Assembly (NCBI GenBank): GCA_965112155.1
Contig: OZ218114.1
Origin: Podarcis liolepis
Taxonomy: Eukaryota
Strand: one strand, 5' to 3'
DNA length: 64,000 nucleotides
The position numbers and the translations under genes are program-made. The notes under the pieces are model-generated. The model had not been told where the DNA came from, did not search any database, and saw only the letters and a list, made by a program, of their open reading frames with translations. Below, piece by piece: positions 11,201-24,424 of this stretch (position 1 is its first letter; the number at the start of each line of letters is the position of its first letter).

Positions 11201-12470
11201 TGGACCAACTTCTGGCAAAGGGTGAGTTTGTACGACCTATTTCATAGAATGTGTTGCTAAACTTAACTACCAACAACTAGCACTTTTGTCCCCAAACCTC
11301 TCTCAATACTGCTCCATCTTGTGAAAGTGACTAGTTATAAAAGGTTCTAACTGCGGATTAACCAGGACAACTATTCTCAACTTCCTCCATTCTGGCCATT
11401 TCCCTCCTGGTGTTTACCTCTCTATTTCCTTAATGTGGACCGTGTATGAACTTATTTACCCTTAAAGCAAACGCCAGAAACACAAATTTGAGGGGGGGGG
11501 GGAGATAGGAGGGAGCCATTTTCAATCCAGAACAATTTTGATTGCTTTCCTAAATCACTGACATCAAATTCTCCCCTTGTTTTTTTTTAACCCAAGCATC
11601 CTACAAAGCCTTTCAAAAAAGCTCACCTAACCCAAGTAGAAAATGTGCCCTGTACATTCTCCTTGATGCACAGGACACATAACAGGAACATGAGGAAACA
11701 AATCAAAACACTTTAGAATGGCAACAAGGGGCACCGGTGCAAAATACCCATGCTCAACTCTTCCACCCAGCAGTAAGGGTTACATATGTGTCTGCCAACC
11801 ATTAATTGTTGCCCATGTTGTGCCTTTCACTATCTGGAACGAGTATGGCAAGAACTCCACACCTCAACTACTACATTCACTTAAATGAGCCTCTCTTCAG
11901 TCCTGCCATTTTCCAACAAGTGTTCGCTAGCACTGACTGAGAACCAGACTTCCATTGCAAGTTCCATGTTTTTCCACATTAGGGTGTTTAGAGTTAGGTG
12001 GCAACAGTTCATTAATATGCTGTAACAATTTAAATTTCCATAGCCAAAAGTTCATTCTGTTTTCATTTGCACTGAACCATCCCGTGGAGTTATATCACCA
12101 AATTGTAAATTATAAACTGAAGATCAGCTTGGATCTGAACCAATCCAATAAGCACTTCTCCTAAATGTTTGCACTAAAGTGAAGCTGTATTCTTCCAATG
12201 TCCATGGAAAACATTTTAGTATGTTTCCTGTAATGACAACATACCTTCAGATAGTCACAATGGTGTCGTGCTGGGAAGGATGGGAAGGAATTTCTCAAGA
12301 CATAAATAAAATGAAAAGGCAAAAGGCTTTCTTAAAAACATACATTCATAGGACACTACACCAAAAAATAAATAGCATCTTTTATAATTAACATCCTGTT
12401 GTAAGTCTCTTTCAGCGACTCTGCTGTGCAGTTACTGGCTTTAAGTGGGGAGGGGAAGGAGGTCAGTTCC
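8150..12470 (-). other. CDON: Probable CDON 3'UTR (about 4 kb) with several candidate poly(A) signals
   Basis: Repeat-poor and U-rich on the minus strand. AATAAA at 11038-11043, 10693-10698, 9496-9501, 8664-8669 and 8603-8608; ATTAAA at 8450-8455 and 8171-8176. The true end cannot be fixed from sequence alone. Confidence 0.65.
8191..8275. repeat. Compound (GT)n(GA)n(GAAA)n microsatellite
   Basis: Seen directly. Confidence 0.95.
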
Positions 12471-12634
12471 TTAAGTCTCTTGTACTTGGAGCTGTCGAAG
12501 ACTCCCCAAACTGTCCAATGTAACGCCATTTGAAATCCCTTCTGTCTTTTCATTGCAGTCTTTTGAAAGAGGCTGGAGAATCAGGGGGCTCCAGCTCAAC
12601 ATGTGATCTGATGTTTCCAAATGTGCACTGTGAT
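12471..12634 (-). CDS. CDON: CDON exon 20 coding part, C-terminus (DHSAHLETSDHMLSWSPLILQPLSKDCNEKTEGISNGVTLDSLGSLRQLQVQET*)
   Basis: taatttgcag| acceptor; 164 nt ending in TAA; resembles the recalled mammalian CDON C-terminus (SWxxLIL...ET*). Confidence 0.92.
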
Positions 12635-13151
12635 CTGCAAATTAAAAACACAGCTATTATCGTCTAGTTGTCTATTAGCAACTTCAACAACCATCCAATT
12701 TATCAAGAGGCTTCATACAAGCTCCAACAGGCTGGGAAACAAGACTACTATTTGATGAATCATCAACATTCCTCCCTCCCCCGCTGTCCTGCAGCTCTTC
12801 TATCCTAAGTAGCTAGTTTGATTAATCTTAGTTGCTGAAACACAAGATCACAGCCGAAGGTGGTCTTGGCAGAGATTTAAATAAATTAGCACAGTGTTTA
12901 AAACTATTTAGTCACCACAAATAATCCAAGGAGAGTACTGGATGAAATCCATTTTTAAAAAAGAAAAAGAAGCCCGCAGTTTAAGCACCACAGCACCAAA
13001 TTCCATAACATGCACAGGGAACCACAAGAAGCTTAAGTATTTAATCTCAGTCTAAGTTTGGTTTCTGTGCTAAATTGTTCTGATTATAAATAAAAAGCAA
13101 CTGCCTCGGAGGCAGCTATATATTTCCACAATTCCCAAAATGCTGGCGTAC

Positions 13152-13405
13152 CTTCTATACAATCTGTACTGAGTGGATTCACATTTTCTTGGTCACAGGA
13201 GTCCCGAGGAGATGGGGGATCCACTTTCTCCTTGCCGTCTTCCTCTGCCTCAGCGTTGCACCCGGGGGTTGTGGACGCTAAGCACATCGCAACCATCATA
13301 TGATTCAACGGTTTCATTTCTAAACTGTCCTGCTGATAAGGTGCTACAATGGGCATCACAGCTGCAGGGTTGCTTCCCAAAGTGCCACTGGTTTTAGTGA
13401 AGCAC
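13152..13405 (-). CDS. CDON: CDON exon 19 (CFTKTSGTLG...LSTDCIE)
   Basis: tttttctag| and a weak donor |gtacgc; 254 nt keeps the frame into exon 20. Confidence 0.9.
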
Positions 13406-16400
13406 CTAGAAAAATTCAAACACGTTCATGGAAAATGGCTCACTATAAAGTATACTGTAAATCACTTTGTGATGTACCTTATAGAGTGATTCATAAATGA
13501 AATAAACAATGTTTCATTACCCAGTTGTACAAAATAGAGAGTTTTTTTATTTTTTTTAAAAAAGACAGCTCCCACTAAGTGCTCTCTTACACATTTTTAA
13601 TTGGGGTATTTTTTTGAAAATATAAGAAAAAGAACTTCAATATCAATTTGCTCTTGCAATTGGTAACTCAACCTCTGTTAAAGTGCTGCTGATAGAGTGA
13701 TTACATTCAATATTGGATTCTTCAGCATTGTAAACTTAGAAAGTGAGAACATGCTTTCTAAGCCTTCCCAGAAAGAATCTTTGATAATTCTCTCTCATTC
13801 TGGATTGTGAAAGACTAGTCAAGCAGGGAAGGAAGTCAATTCCTTATAGCGGAATCTACTTAGCCTTTGAACAACAAAAAAGGCATCTTACAGCTAAAAT
13901 CCTTTGTAGACATGCCCAGAGCTAATCCAAAGTGTTGGGAAACTGCCAGTGCTATAAATGTTTGCAGCTGGAGAACTAGCTTCTAAGGACACTGAGGTGG
14001 TTATCAACTTGCTTTTTCAACTTTCAAGATATATGCTAACAAGTACTTAACTATATTATTTGTAACTAAACAAATGAGAAACCAAAGCACACCCATATCT
14101 ATTTAAGACAGGCATATGAACTGAAAATCTGGGACACAAAACATGTGAGCAATTAAGAATATTCTCCAAAACTATGATAGAAGTAGCAAAAATATTTTGA
14201 CACTGCAGTTCATCCTCTCACATATATACATGTTTACAGTGATTTAAATTAAACCTTTTCTTGTTACAGGGTTTATTATGAGAACTTGAAATAAAACATA
14301 GAAAGTATTCTTCCACCAAGTAGAGGAACTACTGGCATAAACATTCTTTGAATTCATTCACTTTTCATTGACTATGGTTTGCTAGCTCTCCATAATTATC
14401 TCCTAGGAAGAAGATGCTTAACATGAAGCTCTGTCTTAAATTATTCCTTGGCAACCACACCACTTATTCACAATGGCTGTCAAAATACATCCTAAAGCTA
14501 CATAATATTTAGCTTTACAGACAGAAAGCTTATTATGTGGAACTTTCTTTAGCCACAGAAGCAGAATCATAATTAGAAATGCTTTGTTATTTATACTGTG
14601 CCAACGACGTGCTTTGCACTTTACAGAAGCAACCAAAAAGTCACCCTGCTGCAAGTAGCTTACAATCTAACTTTCGTCATGATGAGAGACAACAGAGCTA
14701 GGAGAAGGGGATTAATGTGAGCAGATGGAAATACACAGAGACTGTGTTTTGGCTTGTGATCAAGATTAAGAAGTTAGGGCACAGGATTCATAGAAGAGGT
14801 GGATTCGGAGGAGGAATGTGAATGGAGAGAGATAAAATTCATTTCGCAAATGGAACACTCATATGGACAAATACAACACAAGCTGCAAGATTCTTATTTG
14901 CAGGATATTTAAAATGTGTCTCAAGTTAACAAGCCATCCTCTTAATTTTTTAAAAAACTTTCAGGCTCCCTTAACCTTGTACAAGTGGAAGAGTGTCTAG
15001 ACAATGTAGCACAGAGTAGCATATATCTTTCTGCGCCGTGTGAGAACCTACGGACTTGAACAAATGGATATTCAAGACCTTAGCAGGAGTGCTATTGCCC
15101 TTTCTCCATATCTATATTTTCTGCCAAGACAAGGAACTGAGCTGCTGCTTGCACACGTTACCAGCCAGGGTCTGTCTATGTCTTCCAGCACTGCTGGATT
15201 ATTCCATGAAGTTCCTGTGGCATAACTTTCCCATGACTATTTCACAATCCCCCAGGAAGGTCGTAGCCCACATCTTGAGACCATGAGAGTTACCCCAAAT
15301 ATACATTTGCATCTCCTACATTTACCAACTAGAGGATTATTTATTCCATTCTATACCCCATTAGGATGCCTAAGCACTGTCATTTTCAGCTGAGACACAG
15401 CACAACTCTACCAAGTTAAAAAAAACCTGATGCTGCATTTACACAATTTACATACAGAAGTCACTTTACGTCTGAGCTTCAAAAGCCAGCCAGAACAGGG
15501 AAGGTTATGTCTGTCGCAGAATGAGGCAGTAAAATGGACTGCATCACATCAGACTACAGGTGGAAAGATGTTTTCGAATGCTCGGCTAAAACCTCCCCTC
15601 ATTACAACTAAGGGTTCTATTCCTGGCAAGGCTTTTAAACCAATATGGGGATCATATAACAATGATACCTATAGTCTCAAGTTTCTATCTTCTTAGAGGC
15701 CATGCTCCGCATCTCACCGCCATCATAGGTCCACCAGGATACTGCATACTTGGCTGCAGTGTCTAGACTCTGGAACGGTCTTTGGGAGAGTCAACTGGTC
15801 CTTTCTTTAATGCCATTTATGTGAATTGAAAAGACTTTGTTCTGCCACATTTTTAGCTTGATTTGAGTAATTCAAACCTGTTGCTGTATATTTTTAACAG
15901 TTCTATTATTGGTAAATTGTTATGTTTTGATTTACAGCTGTGAGATGCCTTGTGGGTTAGGAGTTTTTATAAATTCTGCTGCACGTGTAAACCTAGCCTA
16001 AAAATACTTCTGGAAGGTATCCAGGCTGAGACCTCAATGGAAATCTAGAAGGGAGTTCCACATCTGTAAGGCAACAACTAAGAACCTCTGATTAGGAGCC
16101 TCTGCTCTTCCAATAGTATAGACAAAGTGCTGGTTTCCAAATGTATATTTAAATGCGCATATCAAAACAATTGCAACCTCAGCCCTACCTGAGCAATCGG
16201 ATCCTTCCCATATCCTATTGCAAGAATCAAAGAGATTCCCAAAAAGAATCACAAATGCAGACAGCAGAGGCAAATGCTGATGAGCACACTGTGGTCTAAC
16301 CATAATCGTGAAATTAACTCTCCTGGTGTATTTTTAACAGAAGACCTGTAAAATCCAACTTTTGATAGTCAGCATAGATCTACTACTACATTTTTGTCTG

Positions 16401-18847
16401 ATTCTATTTGAAAGGATAGTACACTTGCTTTACAATTTGCAACACAGAATGGCTTGAATGCTGGGAGATAACTTTTTCTTTTAAAAAAACATTATTCACT
16501 TTGTGCATCTAAAGTAATAAACTCATAAATACGTGACCGACTCAAAACACAGGCAACTATAAGTAGAGATTGTGCAATCCTGGGATCATAGTTACATCAG
16601 TCTTTGATTAGAGAAGACTGGGATGACTGCACCACACTCAATACTAAGAAAAACTGACACCACAAAACTGCTACACAGTTCTACGGTACAATCATCTATT
16701 TTAGAAGCTGTGCTTACTTAAGTTGACAGCAAAGGAATTAAGAATGGCTCCTGACTAAGCCATTTAATTTCCGCTTGTTTTACACTGAAGGGCAAGAAAC
16801 TGGCTATATTCTGGAATGAACAAACTTAAAAATGTTTGCATGAGGGTTTTCCCCTTACTCCACAAGCCACTAAGCTCAAAATATACAGCCGACACAAGGA
16901 GTGCTTTTTATCATCTGTAAAAGAGAACTATTACCCCAGGTGTATTTAAAACAGTCTGACCAGGAAAACATTAGCATTGATCCACAAATGTTGAGTTTGT
17001 TTGATCTAAGGGCCCAGAAGGGTCAGCTGTGTGCAAAATAAGACCAAATTAACCCTGGTAATCAACCAGGGCATTCCACGTGTCCCCTGCAGACAGACAG
17101 TGGTTTCTCGCTGACTACGGTGTGCAATGTTTGCTAATGGAAAGTTGCAAAAATCAAGGGTAAGACTAAAGAGATGTTGACTGAACCTCCCTCCCACAAG
17201 ATGTGACTTCCCACTCCTGCCACCATGGAAGCCAGAGAGTCACTCTTGAAATTTGATAGTCTCACTAGAGAAGCCTCTGGTGCACCTAAGGGAGTTGCAG
17301 TTGAAATGAGAAAGCCAAAGAATTCAGGTGCATGTGCAGAGATGTCTGGCAGCATACATGGCGCTCTGATTCGCCAACTAGTTATTGCTGTGGTCATTTA
17401 AGAAACTTGGGGGGCAGGGATTGGCACCTTTTACAAAAGAGTAAAGTGGAAATATCTAACAATGATATTACCTCTGCTTGATTATCTTTATTACTAGTTC
17501 TATCCAATCACCCAGTTTCTCTTGATGTGCACATGCAGTTAGCTTCTTTTCGAATAATGAAATTGTCTGTTGCAGCATGAAACTTTCAGCCTAAAAATGA
17601 TGAGCTTGTAACAGCTGTTCTTTCCTGTCATTGTGCTTCCTAAGAGCATTTTTCTGTGTGGATGGATGGCTTTTGTGGCAACTAGATACTATAACATTTG
17701 AAGATGGAACTGTTTTCAGGACTGCAAAAGCAGCCAAATGTATCCAGTGCTAAGCAGTGAGCCACACCCAACCTTGTGGCTGGTTCTTGGACAGCTTCAT
17801 TTCTCCTGTTGACTCTTATAAACGTTATGTGAAATGACATATTTTTGCATCTGTGGAAACTGGAAATTCTCTTGCTTGATGCTACATTTTTTGGGTGTGG
17901 TGTTTAGCCTGCCATTGATCTGAAGCCTCAGGAGAAGGGTTCAGAGATACTTCACGGCAAAATGCAGATCCTGTATTTTTGGAGGTACTCAGCTCATTAC
18001 CTAACTGCATGCCCCATCCTCACTACAAGGATAAGAGGTCTGTTAAAACACCTTCCACACTTCAAAATTGTCAATCCAGTACTCCCATTTTGCAACTGGA
18101 ACATACAAATTGAGCAGATAATCTGCATTTCTTGTGTTTGTTCTGTTTTGCTGTACAGAGCTTAGGGACTTTTGCCTTATTTTGGGGCCTCTTCATAGTA
18201 ATAATTCAATATAAAAGGAAGAATACAGAGTGTATCTGCTGGTCTATCATATACCAATGCAATATCATAGACGGAACAAGAAAGATGTTCCAGTTGGGAA
18301 AAGACTGGAAGGTGCTGGTAGATGGGGAAGATAAAAGAGAAGGGATGGCAAAAGAACTATGCCTCTTGGAAGCTTAGCTTACAAACTAAGCTACGAGGAT
18401 CCAGAGAGAAGCTCCTCTGGGTGATGATATTCATCCCTTGTTTGGGATGTTTGAGACACCCATGTTGAAATCACAGTGGTATGATAACCACAATAAACCT
18501 AGAAGATTTGCAAGCTCACCCATTCATTTGCAATGGCAAGGTAACAGAACACAAGATTAGATTATTTTTATCCTGAGGCAGCATCACCAGCTGCTATGAT
18601 ACCTGTTTCTGGACTCAAAGTATTCGAGAAATCCCAGGAAGCTGCTGTTAAAGTGCCAACATCTTAGGATGCACATTTCCATAAAATGTAACAGCTTTTA
18701 TAAATAAATCTTGCATAGTCTTTATGTGAAAATCAGGGATAAATAGCAACCTCCACTTGAAAGCCCCTAAAATGCATAAGTGTAGAAAGCAACTGGAGCA
18801 GACTCAATCCCAAAGCTCACTTTATTCTCTCTCCCCTGGTTTACTAC

Positions 18848-18927
18848 CTGTTATTGTTCCGACAGTTCCGGCAGTTCGCGCATTCTGAAGGGTCTGTCTG
18901 AGGCATAGCTGTGTATACACCACCACC
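18848..18927 (-). CDS. CDON: CDON exon 18 (GGGVYTAMPQTDPSECANCRNCRNNNR)
   Basis: ttatctag| and |gtagta; 80 nt; CxxCxxC motif. Not in the ORF track. Confidence 0.95.
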
Positions 18928-20129
18928 CTAGATAAATTGGGGGTTTGGGGTGGGGAGAGAATAACAAATCAGAATAAACTCAAGCCCTTAAGCATGCCAT
19001 CTGTCACAATTAACAACAACAACAGATTCTATTCTAATTTGTAATGAAGTTTGGCATTCATCAAAAAGACAGAGCTCACAGTATTGCAAAATTTGTTTTG
19101 CAAAGCCTAACTTTCAGCATGTATGCTACAGCAAAAACTAACAGCTGTAGCTTGCCCATGTATGTTGTAATTTCCTTGGCTCTATTTTCAGCCGGTAGTG
19201 CCCAACTCAAATTTGACAAAACTGAAAATGCTTCACACACAGATGAGACATGAAAGTAACTTCCTTTCCACTACAGACTTTTGTCTGCTTGTGGAGACAA
19301 GATATACATGTGGCTAGTATGATGAATACATCTGACTGATTTTCTTGGAATTAATCTGATTAGATCAGCTTGCTTCACCAAACTCAGTTTTGAAATGTTC
19401 TTTATTTTCACAGATGCAATAATTCACCAGCCAAGAGTGATTTGGGGTTGGGGGGGTGAGAGGGATTTTGAATTGTTGGTTTTGGCTGCAGAATTTTACA
19501 AATAAAAATGCTAAGATTAACACATACCTCACTGCTGAATGAAAGGGAGATGCAGGTTTGAGGAATATTTGAAAATGAGGTAGTACAGGTGGCAATAAAA
19601 ATCCTTATTTAACTACTCAAGACTGTGAAAGACCATTTTACATCCAAGACTCAAACTCTACTGAACAAATCTTTCTGTCCAATATTTGACTATGAAGACA
19701 TCCAAAGCAAAACTGCTCCTGTGCTCTAGTTCTAAGTTGCCACATTTGCTCAATGCAATAAATTTGCTCACCAGTAAATCATAAGAACCATAGTTCTGTG
19801 TGTGGGTCAGAGGGCTTTAAAAGAACGTACTATATAGCCACACAAAATTCCAATTTCATGCTCCAATTTAGCCCTGGTGTGTTGTTTCAAGATGAAGAGG
19901 ACAAATTAGAATATTATAGGCAGATTCTCACTTTGATATTATGGATGGGGCAAGTACAACAGACACATGGCTCTCATTAAGTGGAAGAGTGTCTCTCTAT
20001 AAATGTCAGTATGCAGCCCTTTGAAATAAACAAAACCAGTGAATAAGAAAAGAAAAGGTCTTTGCTTTGGATTATTTTATAGGCATGCATGCTGAACTAC
20101 AGATTTCATATTTAGTTTAAGAGGTACTA

Positions 20130-20368
20130 CAGTGGACACTCGGGTTGTGAACGTGATCCGTGCGGGAGGCACGTTCGCAACCCGCAGCGCCGCATCTGCG
20201 CATGAGGGGGTCGCGCTTCGGCACTTATGTGCATGCACAAAGTGCAATTTAGTGCTTCTGTGAATGCACCGAAACCCAGAAGTAACCCGTTCCGGTACTT
20301 AAGGGTTTGGCGCGGTGTGCAACCCGAAAAGGCGCAACCTGAAGCGTCTGTAACCTGAGGTATGACTA
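20130..20368. mobile_element. Tc1/mariner-type MITE of a second family, CpG-rich
   Basis: TA flanks; imperfect TIRs cagtggacactcgggtt...aacctgaggtatgact; shares the gaagcgtctgtaacc subterminal motif with the other mariner MITEs. Confidence 0.75.
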
Positions 20369-21868
20369 TATTTTTATTCAGAATGTAAATATCAAAGTGA
20401 GAATCAGGCCTTAGACAAGCATCTAAAAGAAAACTGGTTAACACCTGTTTTAGGTTTGTGTCCCTGGAATACCCCTATATAGACAATAGACAATTGTTCT
20501 GTTTAGGTTCACATAGTCTGGATATATCCACCACTTACAGAATGCTTATAGAATCATGTTTTGATACTTGTAAAATCAGTGTTTGGGTTGGCTTTTAAAA
20601 AGAATGAGAACTTATGAGTTTAAGAGTGCTGCAAAAAGAAATAAGAGAAGGCAAGGTTATCTGAAGTGGCAACTCTTGCTTGAGCAGCAATCTGTTTCTC
20701 CCTAAAACGAAGCACTTGTGTTCAGTTACCAAAAACAAACACTAGTCCTATATTCCCCAAAAACCTTAGAAGTGTACTTACTCAAAAATATTCAAACAGT
20801 TTTGAGCAGGACCAATGTTAAAAAAAAGATTAGCTATTTAGATAATTCCTTGGGGAAACAAATGCATATTTTTTTCATAATACAGGGGCCTAATCACAAT
20901 CATTCTTAATAATTTCAACCCAAGTCTCAAACATTCAGAATGCAGATAGACTTATGCTGTGTCAGAGCAGGACCAGGAGGAGCGATTTTTTGATTTATTA
21001 ACCTAAAGTTTTGGCACACTGTAGTGTAATAAAGAGCACTGCTTAAAAGTTAAACCTGAAATGGGGCTGTAGTAACAGCCTGGTCATAAAGCTAAAGGTT
21101 CTGGCACAATTAATGGAAGAATGTGAGAAGTCTCCAATAAGATCACAAAAATCTCCAAGCAATGTAAGTGAGTGGAAGGGTATCCAATGTGTAACTGCCA
21201 TTATTACTATGACGTAGAATTAAACTGAGAATGCCTGAGGAATAATTCCACCCAAGCACCTTCATCAAAGTTAGGCTGACAGTCTTCAAGAACAAAAAAA
21301 CAAAACAAAACAGACTAGTACATGGGAAATTACACTTATGCAAGTTACCTCTATCTATCTATATGCTGGTTCACACATAAAAAATCACCATTGATGACAT
21401 GCACATATATAATATAAAAACAGATCACTAAAGGCACAACTTTCTTCAACCAAGTCTAACGCAAAACTTTTCAGTGGCGTTTGTTCACCCCATCAGGTTC
21501 ACACATGCATGCATAACATCTTTATTCTGAAAAACTTGGCAGAGTCACAAGAAAAGATGAGAATTGAAAGACAGCATATTTGCTATGCTTGATCTTTTAG
21601 CCAACCTTTTCGAGCCTCTCTATAATCACCAGGTTAGCAAAACATTAATATTGGGTGTTAAAAATGCTGTTTAAAAATGAAGATTCTAACCCCTAACAGT
21701 GCAGTAAAAGCTCTATGAGGCAATTCCAGCAAGTTAAGCTTCACAAAGCATGCCATGTTATGGAATTTTCAACATATTTTTGTTAAGTGCTGAATGCTTT
21801 CCATTTCCTAAGACTTCATTTCGTATTACGTTCAAGAAACAGGCCTCCAACATCTAGGGGTTACTTAC

Positions 21869-22155
21869 ATTTCCGAGGTGGTGGGTGTGTTCATATTCCA
21901 TGTGTGCTCTGGACAGGGAGTTAGTGTGCCTTGGATAAACAACAGTTCCTCCATTTACAGCACCGTTCATGATTCCATTCGTTCCATTAGGAACCTTGTG
22001 ATGGAGGTGAAGGCAACCATTATTATGGTTTCCATTACTGATAAAGTTTCCATGTATGCTGCCATTGATACGACTTGTGCCTGGTAATGTCGTGTACTCA
22101 ACCATTTGCCCATTGATATCAGCACGTTGGTAAAGGTAACCAGGAGGGTCATACT
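21869..22155 (-). CDS. CDON: CDON exon 17, cytoplasmic G/N/H-rich region ([10 protein letters not shown]...HTHHLGN)
   Basis: ctctttcag| and |gtaagt; 287 nt. Confidence 0.96.
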
Positions 22156-22987
22156 CTGAAAGAGTGAGGATTGGGAGAAAATGCTTAACACTTCAATTCT
22201 TACACATGTTTTTTATCTGAAAAGGTTACAGATGAAAACGTTTTATAGCTGGCTGTTCACGGTAGAGTTTACACCCCTAGCACTACAATGCCTTAAGCCC
22301 TTTACAAATTATAAAACATGTTACAATCTGACGAACAGAGTTTAGATAGCAGGTGACCACCATTGATAATTAAGGGGCTAACACAGATTACATGTTTTGC
22401 ATATTTACCACTGTCTGGGGAATCTGACAGCTTTTGTGGCATAAACACACTTATTTTATTGCACCAGCACTATTCTTAACAATGCAATATAGATTGTTCT
22501 GTCAGATCTACAGTTATAAGAGCCAAGTAAAATTGCTATTATTATTATATTTATTTATATCCCACATTTCCCCCAGACCAAGACACAATTGCTATACCTT
22601 ATGAACATTTAGAACACCAAAAATGTAGGAACAGGAAGCATCTCCCTTTGCCAGCAGAAGATTTCAAAGAAGACTGTAACTATGTAAGTTGGCCATTAAC
22701 TATATCTACCAATATCCTCTGAAAGTGAAAATATAAAGTTCTCCTAGAATACATTTCTATTGCTAAATTGGAATGGAAAGTGAAGGCACGGAGTTAGGCT
22801 CTAATCTCTATGTTTCATAAGAAGAATAAAGCACTTTTTCAAATTTGTTCCCCTCCGTTATTCAGTGGTGATCATAACAGCAACTTAAATTCACAATAAA
22901 TGTTGTGGTGTTAGGTTACTTAGCAACAATATTGTTTCATTAGGTTTGGTCCAGCAGAGGACATGAAGAATATCAGAATTAACCTAC

Positions 22988-23215
22988 TCTGCATGGCAAT
23001 TTGCTGGCGATTCTTCCACAAGCACATAGCAATGAAGGCTATCAGAATAAGCACCATCACTCCAAGGACACAGCCCACAATCAGGTATAACATGTCACTG
23101 CTTCGGACAGGACCATTTGGTTGACCAGCATTACTCCCAACTCCACGATCATGAGAATTTGGTGGTGTGCTAAGGTCCTTCACTGGGTATTCTGATGCTC
23201 CAGGTGTGCGCTTCA
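22988..23215 (-). CDS. CDON: CDON exon 16, stalk and transmembrane helix ([26 protein letters not shown])
   Basis: cacattag| and |gtaggt; 228 nt; hydrophobic helix followed by KNR. Confidence 0.97.
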
Positions 23216-24054
23216 CTAATGTGGAGGGAGGAGAGTATAAGATAAAGCACACATTTAAAATAGCAAGTCTACAGAAGTGTTATTAATTCTATAAGTCAAT
23301 CAAGAGCTGCAACTACTGCAATTCAAAATGGCATAAAATATGATGGTAGAACATTTTTGATCATAAGTTACTTGATAATATATATTTGTTTTGGAATTTG
23401 TTTACCCTCAAGTCCACACGTGCCACTGCTTTAGCTTCTTTCACACTTTCACACATAGGAATAATGAACATTACCAGAATGTAAAGGGCATGTAAAGTAG
23501 TTGACAAAAAAAGATAATGGGCCCATTTTTGTTGTCAAATATCAATGCTTATGGATGGTTTGAAATGAAAACACACCGATATATTCTGGGACAGGTGTGC
23601 GTAAAATTTATTAAAGATCCTTCTTCTACCCTTACTAGTATCCCAAAATTTTATATTTTAAAACTGATCATAGTTTCAAACATAAGTTTGCTTTAAAAGA
23701 AATAAATTATTTATTGAACAAGGGTATTGGGTAGCTGATGATAAATCCTATGTGTCTTTCTGAACTCAGAAACTGAAGCCGTCTTTTTGTTTACAGCAAT
23801 AACAAGCAAGAGCATTAGCTTGAGATAAAGTATGGGGAGATAGCACAGTTTTATGCATTGAATGAGAAGCTCTCTCAAGCACTGAGGTTTGGTTTTGATG
23901 GTAGCATGTGATTTCTAAAAGCCCATATTGGATTACATATAGTGTGCTGAAATGGAATATTTATTTTCATGAAGTCAAGAAACTAACTAAAACATCTGAA
24001 ATATTGTGGAAAATATTTGAAAAGAAATGAATTCTTACATAAGTATGAAGATTA

Positions 24055-24424
24055 AAGGTAAAGGTAAAGGTACCCCTGACCGTTAGGTCCAGTTGCGGAC
24101 GACTCTGGGGTTGCGCGCTCATCTCGCTCTATAGGCCTAGGGAACCGGCGTTTGTCCGCAGACAGCTTCCGGGTCATGTGGCCAGCATAACTAAGCTGCT
24201 TCTGGCGAACCAGAGCAGCGCATGGAAACGCCATTTACCTTCCTGCCGGAGCGGTACCTATTTATCTACTTGCACGTTGACGTGCTTCCGAACTGCTAGT
24301 TGGGGGGGGGGGGAGCTGGAACCGAACAATGGGAGCTTACCCCATTGCAGGGATTCGAACCACTGACCTTCTGATCGGCAAGCCCTAGGCTCTGTGGTTT
24401 GGACCACAGTGCCACCCGGGTCCC
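24055..24424 (-). mobile_element. Full-length Sauria SINE (Squam1)
   Basis: tRNA-like head with a B box (ggttcgaatccc), Bov-B-like tail with (ACCTTT)n, and a 14-bp TSD aagtatg[a/t]agatta at 24041-24054 and 24425-24438. Confidence 0.92.

Noticed and set aside
24300-24424. tRNA-like A/B boxes as tRNA genes (also about 2170-2235 and 33880-33943)
   Set aside because: They are SINE heads joined to LINE-derived tails and I could not see a complete cloverleaf.
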